Shown here: positions 38,758 through 51,128 of the stretch, piece by piece
Numbering within the stretch: the first letter of the stretch is position 1
How the letters are laid out: each line of letters opens with the position of its first letter
Assembly (NCBI GenBank): GCA_964016885.1
Contig: OZ024752.1
Location: 12,400,001 to 12,464,000, forward strand
Reading direction: 5' to 3'
DNA from: Eledone cirrhosa
Taxonomy: Eukaryota
DNA: 64,000 nt
Made by a program: the position numbers and the translations under genes
The notes under the pieces: model-generated
Told to the model about the DNA's origin: nothing
The model's input: only the letters and a program-made list of their open reading frames with translations
Database searches by the model: none

Positions 38758-38760
<3 letters not shown>
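36290..38760 (+). mobile_element. 5'-truncated RTE LINE with intact RT ORF, 3' UTR and (GAT)n tail, flanked by (TA)n
   Basis: 680-aa ORF plus a 400-bp 3' UTR shared with 2062-2460. Confidence 0.95.
36320..38362 (+). CDS. RTE reverse transcriptase with inserted C4HC3 (PHD-like) finger
   Basis: NYRGIKL, QFGF, FVDLEKAFDRV, GVHQGSVLSP, YADD; CSVC..CPKC..VHKRC..CGRC; RRLRWYGHVMR. Confidence 0.95.
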   Translation: MEGSIKAKKQAWKVWRDGGSREDYQVARREARRQVYLARREAEERKFKHVLQRDDQKREVFRIARQCVKENRDIVGEKCVLNDDGTLAITDADKKVAWKCHYERLLNEENNWEKGSLPHIDPIEGPAVLVEGSIISKAIKDMKTGKAAGPSEIVAEMLKASGTVGHTMVTRIVNQVVQNGVVPKDWHSSIIVNCYKGKGDALDRSNYRGIKLIDQVMKVTERVIAQLIRERIDLDEMQFGFVSGKSTTDALFIVRQLQEKYLAKGKPLYLAFVDLEKAFDRVPRSIIWWALRKLGVDEWLVRAIQAMYKETVSKVRINNEYSEEFSVKVGVHQGSVLSPLLFIIALQAITEEFKTGCPWELLYADDLTLIAESMAELEKKFQTWKHGLESKGLKINLAKTKVLVCRKENKAAVPSGKWSCSVCRKGVGRNSILCPKCKVWVHKRCSGITGKLTKNIDFTCGRCSGAISSSKCPQTTSSFNCAEGSIEIVDSFRYLGDKISSGGGCSESTVARVRTGWKKFRELIPLLAAKGFSLKMKGRLYDACIRTAMLHGSETWALCAEDIRRLERNEACMLRWMCNSNIRERQSINELRNKLEIRGIRCCLLERRLRWYGHVMRMKVDSCITKCRAIKIDGSHGIGRPRKTWDELINSDITHLHLSKTMSLDRDLWRYSVTEKTRLT

Positions 38761-38798
<38 letters not shown>

Positions 38799-39154
38799 TA
38801 AACGGAATAGAAAATGCTGACAAATTGTTCACAGTTGAAAAATGGTTTAATTAGGAATAAAAGAGTATTAGTGATTGTATAGGTTAGTATTCAGTTGTGG
38901 TTTTAAGTTTTTAAGTTTTTACCGGTTGCGCATTTCTAAATGCTTTTCAAAAATAATTTTGAGATAGAGTGTCCGTGCTGTTTGCTCTGATCTATATATA
39001 TATATTAATATATTAGGTTATGCAAGAAATGCTTAGGGCTATCCTAAATGCAGTAATGGTTAATTACTACACTAGATAGAGTTGAAGTATGGTGAGGGGT
39101 TACTCAACGAGTTATGGAAGTTTCAGATCCTTCTGTATTCCGGAGTGTAGATAA

Positions 39155-39409
39155 AGAATGATTGATAACAGGTAGACATCATAAAAAGGTAATTTATTCC
39201 GAGTGCTTACAAATGTTTCAACAGTAGTTATACAGCCTAGTCATGCTATGTGCAATTTATAATTAATTATTTGATTGCAGAAACTCAATTTTCAAATGCT
39301 GTGATTACCATTTCCTCAGAGCAGAATGGTTAAAATGTAAATACCCTTGTATTTCTTAAAGGAAGTTATTGGAGAAGATAGAGTAGAAAGGAAGAGAGAA
39401 AGAAGGGGA

Positions 39410-39457
<48 letters not shown>

Positions 39458-39633
39458 TAGGGGTTGAAGAAGTGGGAGAGAGTGGTTTGAAGAATACAGA
39501 TAGCTTAATCAAAATGTTGTGGTGGGGGTTTTATTTTACTGTTTATTCTCAAGGTGACAGCCCCTGTTGAAACATTTGTAAGCACTCGGAATAAATTACC
39601 TTTTTATGATGTCTACCTGTTATTATTCATTCT
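39155..39633. mobile_element. Inverted ~70-bp arms with hammerhead 3' half (family T)
   Basis: 39155-39223 versus 39564-39633; GAA ACATTTGT A agcac; 5' core degenerate. Confidence 0.55.
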
Positions 39634-39858
39634 TTATATATATATATATATATACCCTCTTCCTGCTATGTCAAGCGTTAACCTAATATATCCCTTCCAT
39701 ATACTGTACCGATTGTGTTGTTATATCTGTTTACCTTTTACATTCATATATATATATATATATATTATATGTATGTATATATATATATATGTATGTATAT
39801 ATATATATATGTATGTATATATATATATTATATGTATGTATATGTATATATATGTATG

Positions 39859-39925
<67 letters not shown>

Positions 39926-40399
39926 TTATATATATATATTTATATATATATATTTATGTCAGGTCACCAGTTGGTGCTACTGGTAACATGTATCCCAGTA
40001 CAACCTGTCTCATTGGTCGGGTCGTTGACGACTAAACTGGCAACCCCACCAAGGTTTCTTGGTGAGGAGGGTGACTTTGGACATCCTGCAGGACTAAAAA
40101 CAAAACCTGTCAAAGGAGCTCTTAAGAGTCAATGGCCATCCAAAATCACCGGGAGAGATGACCCCTTAGCCTTTGTCAAGGCAGAATTCTAGGAGAAGGA
40201 AAACTCTGATATAACACCTGCAACCCTGATGGTATCCAATGATGTTGACTTGTTCTTCTTTTTGGTAAATATCATCTTGGTTAAGAGAGTGGAACTGGCT
40301 TTGTGCAGTGCCTTTGCTCACTATAAAAGCTTCACGGCACAGGCATTGCTTTGTATCTGGAGATCTCTCTGCACTTGTCGTCACATGGTACCATGGGCC

Positions 40400-40560
40400 C
40401 AGCACTATGTGTCAATAATTGTCGCAAGTGTAGTGTTTGTACCAGAGTTTTTAAGTCGCTGGCTGGACTAAAAAGTCACACTCGTTCAGCGCATCGGTAG
40501 GGGTTCTCCTACATGGATATAAAGTAGTGGCCGTACTTGAAAACGAGTTGGCAGCCACCA
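40400..40560 (+). mobile_element. LINE 3' end with C-terminal C2H2 finger
   Basis: Translates as [24 protein letters not shown] similar remnant lies at 53320-53510. Confidence 0.55.
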
Positions 40561-40576
40561 TATATATATATATATG

Positions 40577-40663
<87 letters not shown>

Positions 40664-41026
40664 TGTATATATATATATAGGATTGTATATATATATATGT
40701 ATGTATATATATATATATCATATGTATGTATATGTATATATATGTATGTATATATATATATGTCTAAGGCGGGTAAAATTCCCGAGATCCATGGACGAGT
40801 TCTCTCCAGCGGTCTCTGTTCCTCATTATTGCTGCCATGTCCTGCATCTCCAACAGACCAGTGTCTGTCCTTAGGGCATCAACATACGTTAACCTTGGTC
40901 TTCCTCTTCTAGTGTGTCCATGTAGGGGCTCCCAAAGGAATACTGAGTGCATATATATATACATATATATATACATATATATATATACATATATATATAC
41001 ATATATATATATACATATATATATAC

Positions 41027-41062
<36 letters not shown>

Positions 41063-41101
41063 GTATGTATATATATGTATATATATATATGTATGTATAT
41101 A

Positions 41102-41148
<47 letters not shown>

Positions 41149-41590
41149 AGACGTTAAACGACAATGATGATGATGATGTATGTATATATATATATATATA
41201 TACATACATATATATACATATATATATATATATACATATATATACATATATATATACACATATATATATATATATACACATATATATATATATATGTGTA
41301 TATATATATATAATTATGTATATATACATATGTATGTAAGTATGTTTTGAAACAGCGAGCAAGTTTGAAATTAGAAAATAGAAGCTTTCACCGTATTTTT
41401 TGACTAAAGTAATTTTAGCCTGATAGTGGGGTCTAGAACCCTCGGAGAAATGGAAAAAGATGAGTATTGACGTACATGGGAGACGAACCCACATCTTTGG
41501 TTATCCAGACCAATGTGCTACCATTACACCAACACATCACTGACCCTGGCTTATGCTCATACCACTTCTCATATATATATATATCCGGGT

Positions 41591-41661
41591 GATGTGTTGG
41601 TGTAATGGTAGCACAGTGGTCTGGATAACCAAAGATGTGGGTTTGACTCCCATCTACATCA
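41591..41661 (+). tRNA. tRNA-like cloverleaf (pseudo-tRNA or SINE head); inverted twin at 41468-41538(-)
   Basis: D arm GTGT-aatggta-GCAC; anticodon arm (T/G)TGGT-ctggata-ACCAA; T arm GTGGG-tt(c/t)g(a/t)ct-CCCAT; T5 run at 41671-41675. Confidence 0.55.
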
Positions 41662-41785
41662 ATACTCATCTTTTTCCATTTCTCCGAGGGTTCTAGACCC
41701 CACTATCAGGCTAAAATTACTTTAGTCAAAAAATACGGTGAAAGCTTCTATTTTCTAATTTCATATATATGTATGTATATATATG

Positions 41786-42080
41786 TGTCGGATGGTAGCT
41801 AAGATGCTTCCATAGGTTGGTATGCTGGTTGAGCACTCTATGCCCTTACAGAGCAGGGTATGATATAATATAACACGAAAAATCAGTGATGCATCTGAAC
41901 TCAATTTATTGTGTGTTACAATTGTTTCGGCGGCAGACAGCTGAGACGCGGTCATTGTGTGGATCTGTCTGATTCCGGATCCGCAGGTTCGAAGGACACG
42001 TCTAATGATGTCGGAGCATATTCTCTCAGTGGGGTATCTGACCCTCTGGGCCAGTACCGTCAAAAACTTCATCCTCTTCG
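41786..42080 (-). mobile_element. pLTR-like cassette, family H, with hammerhead 3' half
   Basis: Minus strand reads GAA ACAATTGT A acacac (41911-41928) and carries the hairpin at 41832-41859; flanked by (TA)n. Confidence 0.6.
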
Positions 42081-42107
42081 CGTATATATATATATATATA
42101 TATATAT

Positions 42108-45100
42108 ATCATCATCTTCGTTTAACGTCCATTTTCCACGCTAGCATGGGTTAGATGGGAGTTGTCCCAATTTGATTCAAGGTTGGTCGGGTGACCGTGT
42201 CTCGCTCATATAGGACTATCTGGCAGGTTTTCTACGGCTTGATGCCCTTCCTAACACCAACCACATTTACAGTGTGGAACTGAGAACTTTTTACCGTGTT
42301 ACCTACACGGCCACATTACAGCGTGGACTGTGTGTTTTTTGTCGTGACACCTACTCAATCTTGATCTCATTATCTCATTTATTTGGACTGGATGTTGTGG
42401 TACCAACTTTACAGAGAGAGGGTGGTGTTGGTGGGCGTGGGAGGATAGGGTAGGGGTAGTGGATTGTGGTGTATATTGGTTAAGAGGTGCTTACTGACTG
42501 TAGGTTTTGCTTTGTAAATAGGCAAGGCGGGTCTTCTGTATTACTGCGTAGCGCCAACGATCTCGGTCCAGTGACATTGTCTTAGAGAGGTGCAAGTGTG
42601 TAAGGTCGGAATTTATTAGATCGTCCCAGGTTTTTCTGGGTCTACCTACTCTGTAACTACCATAAATTTTGATCGCCCTGCACTTTTTTATACAGCTGTC
42701 ATCTTTCATGCGCATCACGTGGCCATACCAACGTAGACTTCTCTCAAGTAAACAGCATCTGATCCCTCTTATTCCTAATTTCTCACTTAGTTCATTTATG
42801 CTTTGCCGTTCACGTATATTACTATTACACATCCATGCTTCGTTCCTTTCCAGTCTGCACAGGTCCTCTGCATGTAATGCCCATGTCTCACTGCCATGTA
42901 GCATTGCTGTTCGTATACAAGCATCATACAATCTGCCTTTCATTTTTAGAGAGAAACCTTTAGCGGCCAACAGTGGTATAAGCTCTCTGAATTTTTTCCA
43001 TCCCGTTCTGACTCTGGCTACTGTACTTTCAGAACACCCTCCTCCACTGCTGATTTCGTCACCCAGGTAACGGAAAGTGTCTACTATTTCTATAGAACCA
43101 TCTGGGCAATAGAAGGAGCTAGTATCCTGTGGACACTTGCTACTTATTGCACCTGAGCATCGGCCACATATAAAGTCTATGTTCTTAGATAGTTTACCTG
43201 AGATCCCACCACATCTTTATGTACCCATACTTTGCATTTGGGACATAAAATGGAATTTCTGCATACTCCTTTCCTACACACTGAGCATGGGTATTTCCCT
43301 GAGGGCACCTGTGCCCTATTTTCCTTTCTACAAACTAGAACTTTAGTCTTAGACAAGATAACTTTAAGGCCTTTTGATTCTAGGCCATGCTTCCATGTTT
43401 CGAATTTCTTCTCTAGTTCAGCCATTGATTCAACTATGAGCGTTAGATCATCTGCGTATAGGAGTTCCCATGGGCAGCCGGTCTTGAACTCCTCTGTTAT
43501 AGCCTGAAGGGCAATAATAAATAGGAGGGGTCTAAGGACAGAGCCTTGATGAACGCCAACTTTTACACTAAATTCTTCACAATATTCATTGTTAATTCTA
43601 ACCTTACTGACTGTTTCATTATACATAGCTTGTATAGCTCTCACAAGCCATTCATCTACACCTAGTTTTCTAAGAGCCCACCAGATAATGGAGCGGGGGA
43701 CTCTGTCAAAGGCTTTCTCTAGGTCTACAAAAGCTGAGTAGAGGGGTTTACTTTTAGCTAGGTACTTTTTTGTAGTTGTCGTACAAGGAAAAGAGTGTCT
43801 GTGGTACTTTTACCTGACACAAACCCAAACTGCATTTCATCTAGATCAATTCGCTCTCTGATTAGTTGCGCTATAACTCTTTCTGTGACCTTCATGACCT
43901 GGTCAACTAACTTAATGTCTCTATAGTTTCCCCTATCTAGAGCATCCCCTTTACCCTTGTAGCAGTTAATGATGCTGCTGCTACGCCAGTCTTTCGGTAT
44001 GACCCCATTCTGTATTACTTGGTTAACTATACGGGGGACCGTAGTGTGTCCCACCATACCAGATGCCTTCAACATCCAGCAACTATCTCCGAAGGCCCAG
44101 CTGCCTTGCCTGTCTTCATATCTTTGATTGCCTTACATATTATACTACCTTTAACTTGCACCGCTGGTCCTTCTATTGGATCGATTTGGGGCAGACTATC
44201 TTTTTCCCATTTATTCTCCTCATTTAATAGTCTCTCATAGTGACACTTCCAGGCTATCTTCTTATCAGCATCAGTGAGGGCAAGTACACCATTATCATTA
44301 CGGACACACTTCTCCCCGACAATATCACGGTTTTCCTTGACACATTGTCTAGCATTCCTGAACACCTCATGTTTTTGGTCCTCACGTTGTAGAACATGCT
44401 TGAACTTTCTATCCTCTGCTACCCTTTTTGCAAGGTACACTTGTCTCCTAGCTGCTCTCCTGGCCACTTGATCGTGCTCTCTACTTCCCCCATTCTGCCA
44501 TACTTTCCAAGCCTTGGTTGTCTCTTCCACCTTACTGTTCCACCACCAAGTTACTCTCCTCCTGCCAATAGGTCTGCTCCAGCCCCAGACTTCATCCGTT
44601 GCTTTCAGCAGGTTCACTTTCAAGAATTGCCACTGTTCCTCTATATCGCATGTCTCTAATTGCTCTTCCTTATTGTCAAAGGCATCAAGTAATAAGCTTT
44701 TAAATTTGTCACTGGCTATGGGGTCCTTCAACTTCCATATTCTTCTCCTCAAGGTAGGCCTTTTCTGTCGTCGAGTACGTCTATTCCTGACTATGAGGTC
44801 ACTAACTACTAGGCTATGTTGGGAGGTGCATTCTTCACGGGGGAGGGATTTAGTGTTTACAACAGACACTTTGTCCCGTCTTCTAGTAAGGATATAATCT
44901 ATCTGGCTGGCGTGTTCCCCTGATCTATAGGTGATCAAATGGTTTTCACGTTTTTTTAAGTTTGTGTTACAGATAGTTAGGCTATTTGCATCACAGAATT
45001 CCAGGATTCTGAAGCCTTCCTCATTTCTATTTCCAACCCCATAGCCTCCATGGATTCCATCATAGGCATCTCTATGTTGTCCAACGTGACCGTTTAGATT

Positions 45101-45260
45101 GCCAGCAATAATTAAGTAGTCACTGTCGGTTATTTGGGAGGTAGTGTGCATTAGCATCTCATAGAACCTGTCCTTTATAACTAGTCTTAATTTAATTATT
45201 CTGTCATTCACTCTATTTACGTCAATTATCTTATCTACCCATTTTTCAGCTAACATAATT

Positions 45261-45262
<2 letters not shown>
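42108..45262 (-). mobile_element. Degenerate RTE LINE (APE endonuclease + RT), frameshifted
   Basis: IAGNLNGHVG, NEEG..ILEFC, SQIDYIL, SQHSLVV, YADD and LRWYGH spread over ORFs 44069-45256, 43758-44075, 43177-43644 and 42491-42970; same family as 36290-38760. Confidence 0.95.
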
Positions 45263-45301
<39 letters not shown>

Positions 45302-45320
45302 TATATATATATATATATAT

Positions 45321-45405
<85 letters not shown>

Positions 45406-45406
<1 letters not shown>

Positions 45407-45470
45407 GAGAAACCAGACCTTATCAGGTTCCGTTCTAAACGGAACCTGAACTGATAAGGTCTGGTTTCTC
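45406..45470. repeat. Short hairpin upstream of a family-B-like hammerhead
   Basis: GAGAAACCAGACCTTATCAG...CTGATAAGGTCTGGTTTCTC with nested CAGGTTCCGTT/AACGGAACCTG. Confidence 0.8.
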
Positions 45471-45501
45471 TGGTATGTCACTATTTATAAAACAAATTTT
45501 G

Positions 45502-45564
45502 TATTTTATCTGATGAGATCATACCAAAGTTTTTTGGTACACTTGGAATATATATAATAAAATA
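45502..45564 (+). ncRNA. Hammerhead motif, diverged family B (GAA mutated to GGA)
   Basis: tattttat CTGATGA ...tacca aagttttt tggta... GGA ATATATAT A ataaaata. Confidence 0.65.
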
Positions 45565-45607
45565 AATATGGTTTTATAAATATAGTTTCCATTTATTAAT
45601 ATCATTG

Positions 45608-45662
<55 letters not shown>

Positions 45663-45702
45663 ATGTCCATTGAAGTCAGCAACCAGGGTGATGAAATCAC
45701 TG

Positions 45703-45813
<111 letters not shown>

Positions 45814-45988
45814 ATAGTCGAAATGAAGACAGATCAAAACTGTTATCGTTTGGTGATGCAACCAACCTAATCATTTGCAACATTAACTGCAGGAAACCAA
45901 CCAGCACTTAACCATCTGACAGTCATGTGAAAACACTAGCCAGATTGACTACTTGCTTATTAGAAAATAGGATAAACAGATGGTAGTA

Positions 45989-46025
<37 letters not shown>

Positions 46026-46074
46026 TTTCTTTATTTCTTTATTTCTTTATTTATTTAATAATAATAACAATAAT

Positions 46075-48880
46075 AATGTTTTCTTTATTAACCACAAGGG
46101 TTTACATAAAGTAGACATTAAGGACAGTACAGGACAATACAGGATGGTACAAATGGGCAGTTCTGCGTGTAAAAAAAAAGAGGATGTAATAAAAAATTAA
46201 CAATGAAAAATTCCCCAATAGGAGGGAGACTTCCGAGGGACATTTGTGGAGAAAGACCATTAAAAGGCCACAGTGACCCTGACCACCAGGGCAAGTGCCC
46301 TCTCCCAGTTTTCCACCTTTAATTTACAGACACATACTCAGAGTAGGCCCATTCACTCGGGCCATACTTGCTTCTCTCACCCATCTTTCAACAAAATGGT
46401 GGGAAGAGAGCACTTCCCTCTCTACCCTGATTTTCCTTTTCAAATGAAATTTGAAAAAGTTAATCAGGGCATCACCGAAGAGGTAAGTGCTCATCTTCAG
46501 CCCTTTCAAATGTGTCCACCATACTATCTCTTTCGACATGGCCACCAGACAGATAAAAACTGCCTGCCCTTCCCGGCTAAAGGAAGAGGGCGGGGCAATC
46601 CTCATGATGGACTCAGCTGATAGGTGGATCCGTCCTACACGTGACAGCAGGTGTTCGACATAAACCCACAAGTCAGCAATGCTCGGACACTGGACGAGTG
46701 TGTGCAGGACGGTTTCGTTGCCTTGCGCGCATCTCGGACATGCCCAGCTGAAGGCACCTCCATGCCTGTAGAGTTTATCCCGAACTGGCAAAGCTCCTCG
46801 GTAGCACTGCCAGGCCAGGGATTTCTGGAAGTTGTCCATAGGCCCCGGCCCGAAAGTTCTTCCGAAGAGATTAGCTAGCTGATTTTCGTCGACGCCTAGA
46901 GTTTCTCCAAGTACGTTGTCGCTCTTCCCCTCCACTAATCCTCTATAGAACGCCAAGGTGGAGTTTCCACCGATCACATTGCCCGATTGGTCGAGGGCTG
47001 TCAGCGCCTGAAGACATTCCAGTCTCCAAGCGCTCCCTCTCGGTCTTCGCTTGACCCAGGACTGCAGCTCCGTCAAGGAGACGAGCTGAGGAAAGACGCG
47101 TCTAGCAAACGGCGACCACACCTGATCACCGTTGAGGAAGAGGTGGAGATGTCGTAGCCTGAGTGCGTGTCTGCACATCATCAGCCACGGCATGCCCAGC
47201 CCTCCACGTAGCGAGTGTTGACAGCAGATGGACCGCCTGACCATCAGAGCGCGTCCCTTCCACAAAAAGCGAAAGAGCAAATGCTCCAGCGCAGTCAGGC
47301 GGGGCTTAGGACAAGGTACGATGGTCGGGCGGTAGTAGATGTCGGACACGATGTACGCGTTAGCCACCTCCGCTCGACCTTTCAGGGATAGCTTCCTCTC
47401 CGCCCATTTCTGGGTGAGAGAAGCCACCCTGCTCGTCACCTCGTCCCAGTTTTTGTCCGTCTGGAGGTCCGGACCGAACCAAACCCCTAGCAATTTAACC
47501 GGTCCGCCTGTCCAGCGCCCGAAGACGCTGTTGGACGGCATGGACCTGCCTCTCCAGGTGCCGAGCTGCAGGCCCACTGACTTTTCCTGGTTGATCATTG
47601 CTCCTGTCACTGCTTTGTATTCTCTTAGTGTGGTTCCGATCGCCTCGATGTGTTTGGCGTTCGACACCACTACGGTGACATCGTCCGCATATGCTGACAC
47701 GGATCTTCCGCATCCTAGTTCGCGCGGGACCCCCCTCAACGTTTCCAGTTTATGCAGTAATGGCTCAAGAGTCAAGAGGGACGAGAGGGGACATCCTTGG
47801 CGGACCGAGCGCATGATGTTGAACGGTTCTGAAAGGTGACCGTTCACTCTCACTACAGAGCAGATTTTGCTGTGCATGGCAGCGATCCAGCCTCTGAAGA
47901 CGGGCCCAAAGCCAGCCGCCCTCAGGACTGCCACTAGGTAACGATGGTCGACCCTATCGAAAGCTTTCGACTGATCTAAATTGCTCAAGGACCCACCCGT
48001 GCCAGGTTCCCTAGCTACCTTCTCTGCGATGTATCGCACGAGGCTGTCGGGAATGGCACATGTCAGCGCCTCTCCCACCAGACCACCAACGACAAGCGCC
48101 AACCTCTTTGCTAGCACCTTGGCCAAAATCTTGAACTCTGTGTTTAGCAGAGTTATGGGCCTGAAATTATCTATGTTATCCCCCTTGTTCGGATCCTTTC
48201 TCAGCAGCGCCACCGCTCCTCGGCTCACAGAGCTGGGAATTTTCCCGTTCTGTTGCCAGTTGCAGTAGACGTCCGCCAAGAGGCCTCCGAACAAGTCTGG
48301 CATCTGTACGTAAAGTTCATAGGGCAGACCATCCAAACCAGGCGATTTACCCCTTGTGCAGCCAGTCATTGCCTCCCGTACTTCAGCGGTTGTTATCGGC
48401 TTTTCGCAACACTCCGCCTCAGTGGCCGAGAGCCGCGGCAGTCCGTCGAGGTAGACACTAAAGTCCATCCCTCGATCCGGCCCGCCGCTGCCCCCGAACA
48501 GTTGAGCGAAGTGTCGCTGAAAAGCTTCACACATTTGCCCGGGATCGAGTAGCATGCGCCCGTTGTGGTCCACCAAAGACCGGATCATGGCTTTGTTGCC
48601 ACGACACGCCTCCGCCACTCGGGCCCATTGAACGGCTTTCGTCCCCTCGTGTCTGAGAGCACGCACCCTAGTTCTGACAATGCAGACTTCGTGCTTTGCA
48701 TTGAAGAATTGGTCAAGGGCCAATTTCGCCGCAAGTACGTCGGTCGCGATGCCTTTGCTAAGCACCTCGTCTAATTTTCTAACTAGTTCTCCCTCTGCTC
48801 TATTTTTCTCTATTGCTAAAGCCTTACTAAACCTAATGGACTCTATTCTAATCGCTCTTTTCAGAGTAAACCACCACTTG
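46075..48880 (-). mobile_element. Tx1/L1-clade non-LTR retrotransposon, 5'-truncated ORF2 (RT + zinc knuckle)
   Basis: ORF 46324-48999 contains KSPGLDGLPYELY, NFRPITLLNTEFKILAK, LDQSKAFDRVDH, VRQGCPLS, YADD and CPRC..ETVLH..QC; (TAA)n lies beside the 3' end. Confidence 0.92.
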
Positions 48881-48902
48881 TTGTTGACACATTGTATCCG
48901 AG

Positions 48903-49506
48903 TGTAAACACCTAGCCCAGACTCACTATAAGGGCTGGAGACATGATGTGATAGGCAGGGTGATCCACTGGCACCTATGCAATGTAAACAATTTACCACA
49001 TTCTGAGAAGTGGTATGAGCATAAGCCAGAGTCGGTGATAGAAAACGATCAGGTGAAGGTGCTGTGGGATTTTAGAATACAGACGGACAAGAAATTAGAA
49101 CACAATAGGCCTGACCTGGTTTTTGACAAGGAAAAAAGATTGTGCCTGATTGTAGATGTAGCCTGCCCATTTGACACGAGAGTGCAAGAAAAGGATAAGA
49201 AAATTAACCAATACGAGGACTTAAAGTGGGAGATAAAAAGTATTTGGGACTGTCATGAGACCAAGGTCGTCCCGATTGTCATAGGCACACTAGGTACTAT
49301 CTCAAAGAGTTTCCAAGGATGGTTAAAGAAGATTAGTCCAGCCCCGCTTTTTGGAACACTTCAAAAGGCATGCTTGCTGGGAACACCAAGAACCCTCCGA
49401 TACGTCCTGAATGTCTGAGGCTGCAGGTAACGGCTTGATATACATTTCAACAAACTTTCCAGTTAAATAACATCAATGACTGAGACTCAAAGAACAATAA
49501 TAATAA
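48903..49506 (+). mobile_element. R4/Dong-type RLE non-LTR 3' fragment ending in (TAA)n
   Basis: RHDVIGRVIHWHLC..WYEHKP..LWDFRIQTD..NRPDLV..DVACPFD..VPIVIGTLG..LQKACL. Confidence 0.88.
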
Positions 49507-49611
49507 TTGTTTCTACTTTTTGTCACAAGGCCAACCATTATATCAGTGCATTACTAGTACTTTATTTTATCGACCCTGTAAGGATGAAAAAATAATAATG
49601 AAATAATTGTG

Positions 49612-49975
49612 TACAGTGTTCAGGTGCACTACAACTCATCGAAGGTGCATGTATAGTACACAGAATGATGTAAAAATGTCAGGAAAGCGAACAGTGTATG
49701 AGTCTTGATATATACAGCCATATACACACATGCATGCGTGTGTATGGAGGAGGAATATCAGGTGTAGTGTTGGCGAATTTCGGGAACCATGGAGGTTTCG
49801 AAGGATGCAGTGTCCCAACAGCTAACAACCAATGCGGTTAGTTTGTTCCTGGCTTCAGCAACTCTGAGCATGAAAATATGTTTCCAAAAGTCATGGGAAT
49901 GTGCTGTTTTCTGACTTTGTAGTGTTAGACACGAGTGTTAGACACATGGAATTCAAAAAGGTGTTCAGGTTTGTA
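49612..49975 (-). mobile_element. CR1-like LINE 3' end
   Basis: Minus strand translates HDFWKHIFMLRVAEARNKL..VVSC..ASF. Confidence 0.7.
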
Positions 49976-50519
49976 TGCTAAGTCCTATCCTGGAGAAGAA
50001 TGCACTCTCCAACATAAGTTATTTTTCAGAAGATAAAATTATAAATACAGGAAAATCTGGTGAAAGAGGATTTGGAAGCTAAAAAAAGGCACTAGCCCAA
50101 AAAAGGGTAACCTGGTGATGGTACAGCACTGTAGACTGAGCCATTAAATCTAAGAGACAGACATGGAAGACTGGAAAAATAGGCTTAACCCTTTAGCATT
50201 CAAACTGGCCATATCCTGCCAGAATTCTCTCACCTCTTTCTGTTTCAACTAGCTGTAACTGGCCAATGATACTGATCTTAAGGTATTGTTCTCAAAATAA
50301 ATTATATCAAAATCTTGTAGATTCAATATTATATGAGATAATTATGTGAGGTAAAGCCTTTACTGTGAAAATACAAAAGTAAATATAGAGTAATGTAAAT
50401 GTTAAAGGCTTAAAAATGAACAGTATCAAATAGCAAAATGAGAAGCTAGACAACAGGTTTACATAGCAGGTATAGAGGCTGAAAGCAGGAGGTTTGCCAA
50501 TATCCCACAGAATGAGAAT

Positions 50520-50660
50520 AAGAGGTGGTAGATGTTCTGCATTGCAAAACAGTCTGTCAGTGTAAACCAAGATATTATTGGAGGAAGGAGAGTTCAAAAT
50601 GACATCAATGCACTTAAACTTACCGATCTCCAGAAGAAAGAGTTCTGCAAATGTTATTAT
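50520..50660 (+). mobile_element. Old RTE ORF fragment
   Basis: FCIAKQSVSVNQDIIGGRRVQND aligns with FRIARQCVKENRDIVGEKCVLND of the 36320 ORF. Confidence 0.7.
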
Positions 50661-51128
50661 ATAATCAACTATAGCGACTGTGTGTGTATCTATTTGTATA
50701 TTAATCCATCACTCACTGAAAAGGAGTTGACTGAGGAAGGTGGGGTGACATACTATAGAAAACAGTGGTTAGTGTTCTAAGATTCATTACACTTGAGTGA
50801 GTATATGAATAGCGAATTGTCTACACACATTGGCAATTATGGTGGGTTGGCAGTATCGATAGAGGGTCGGACGCCATGCTTTGATGCATAGAGTTACGGC
50901 CCTTGCCATTCTGAGTTCAAATCGCGCCGAGGTTAACTTTGCCTTTCATCCTTATGGGGTCGATAAAATAAAGTACCAGTAATGCACTGGATAATTGCTG
51001 GCCTTGTGCCAAAAAGTAGAAACAATTATTGTGGTAGTTACTTGTGTGAGTGCATGTTTATATTTATATACTCATACAAGGCAACGGATTGGCAGAGTTG
51101 TTAAGACGTTGGATAGAATGTTCTATAC

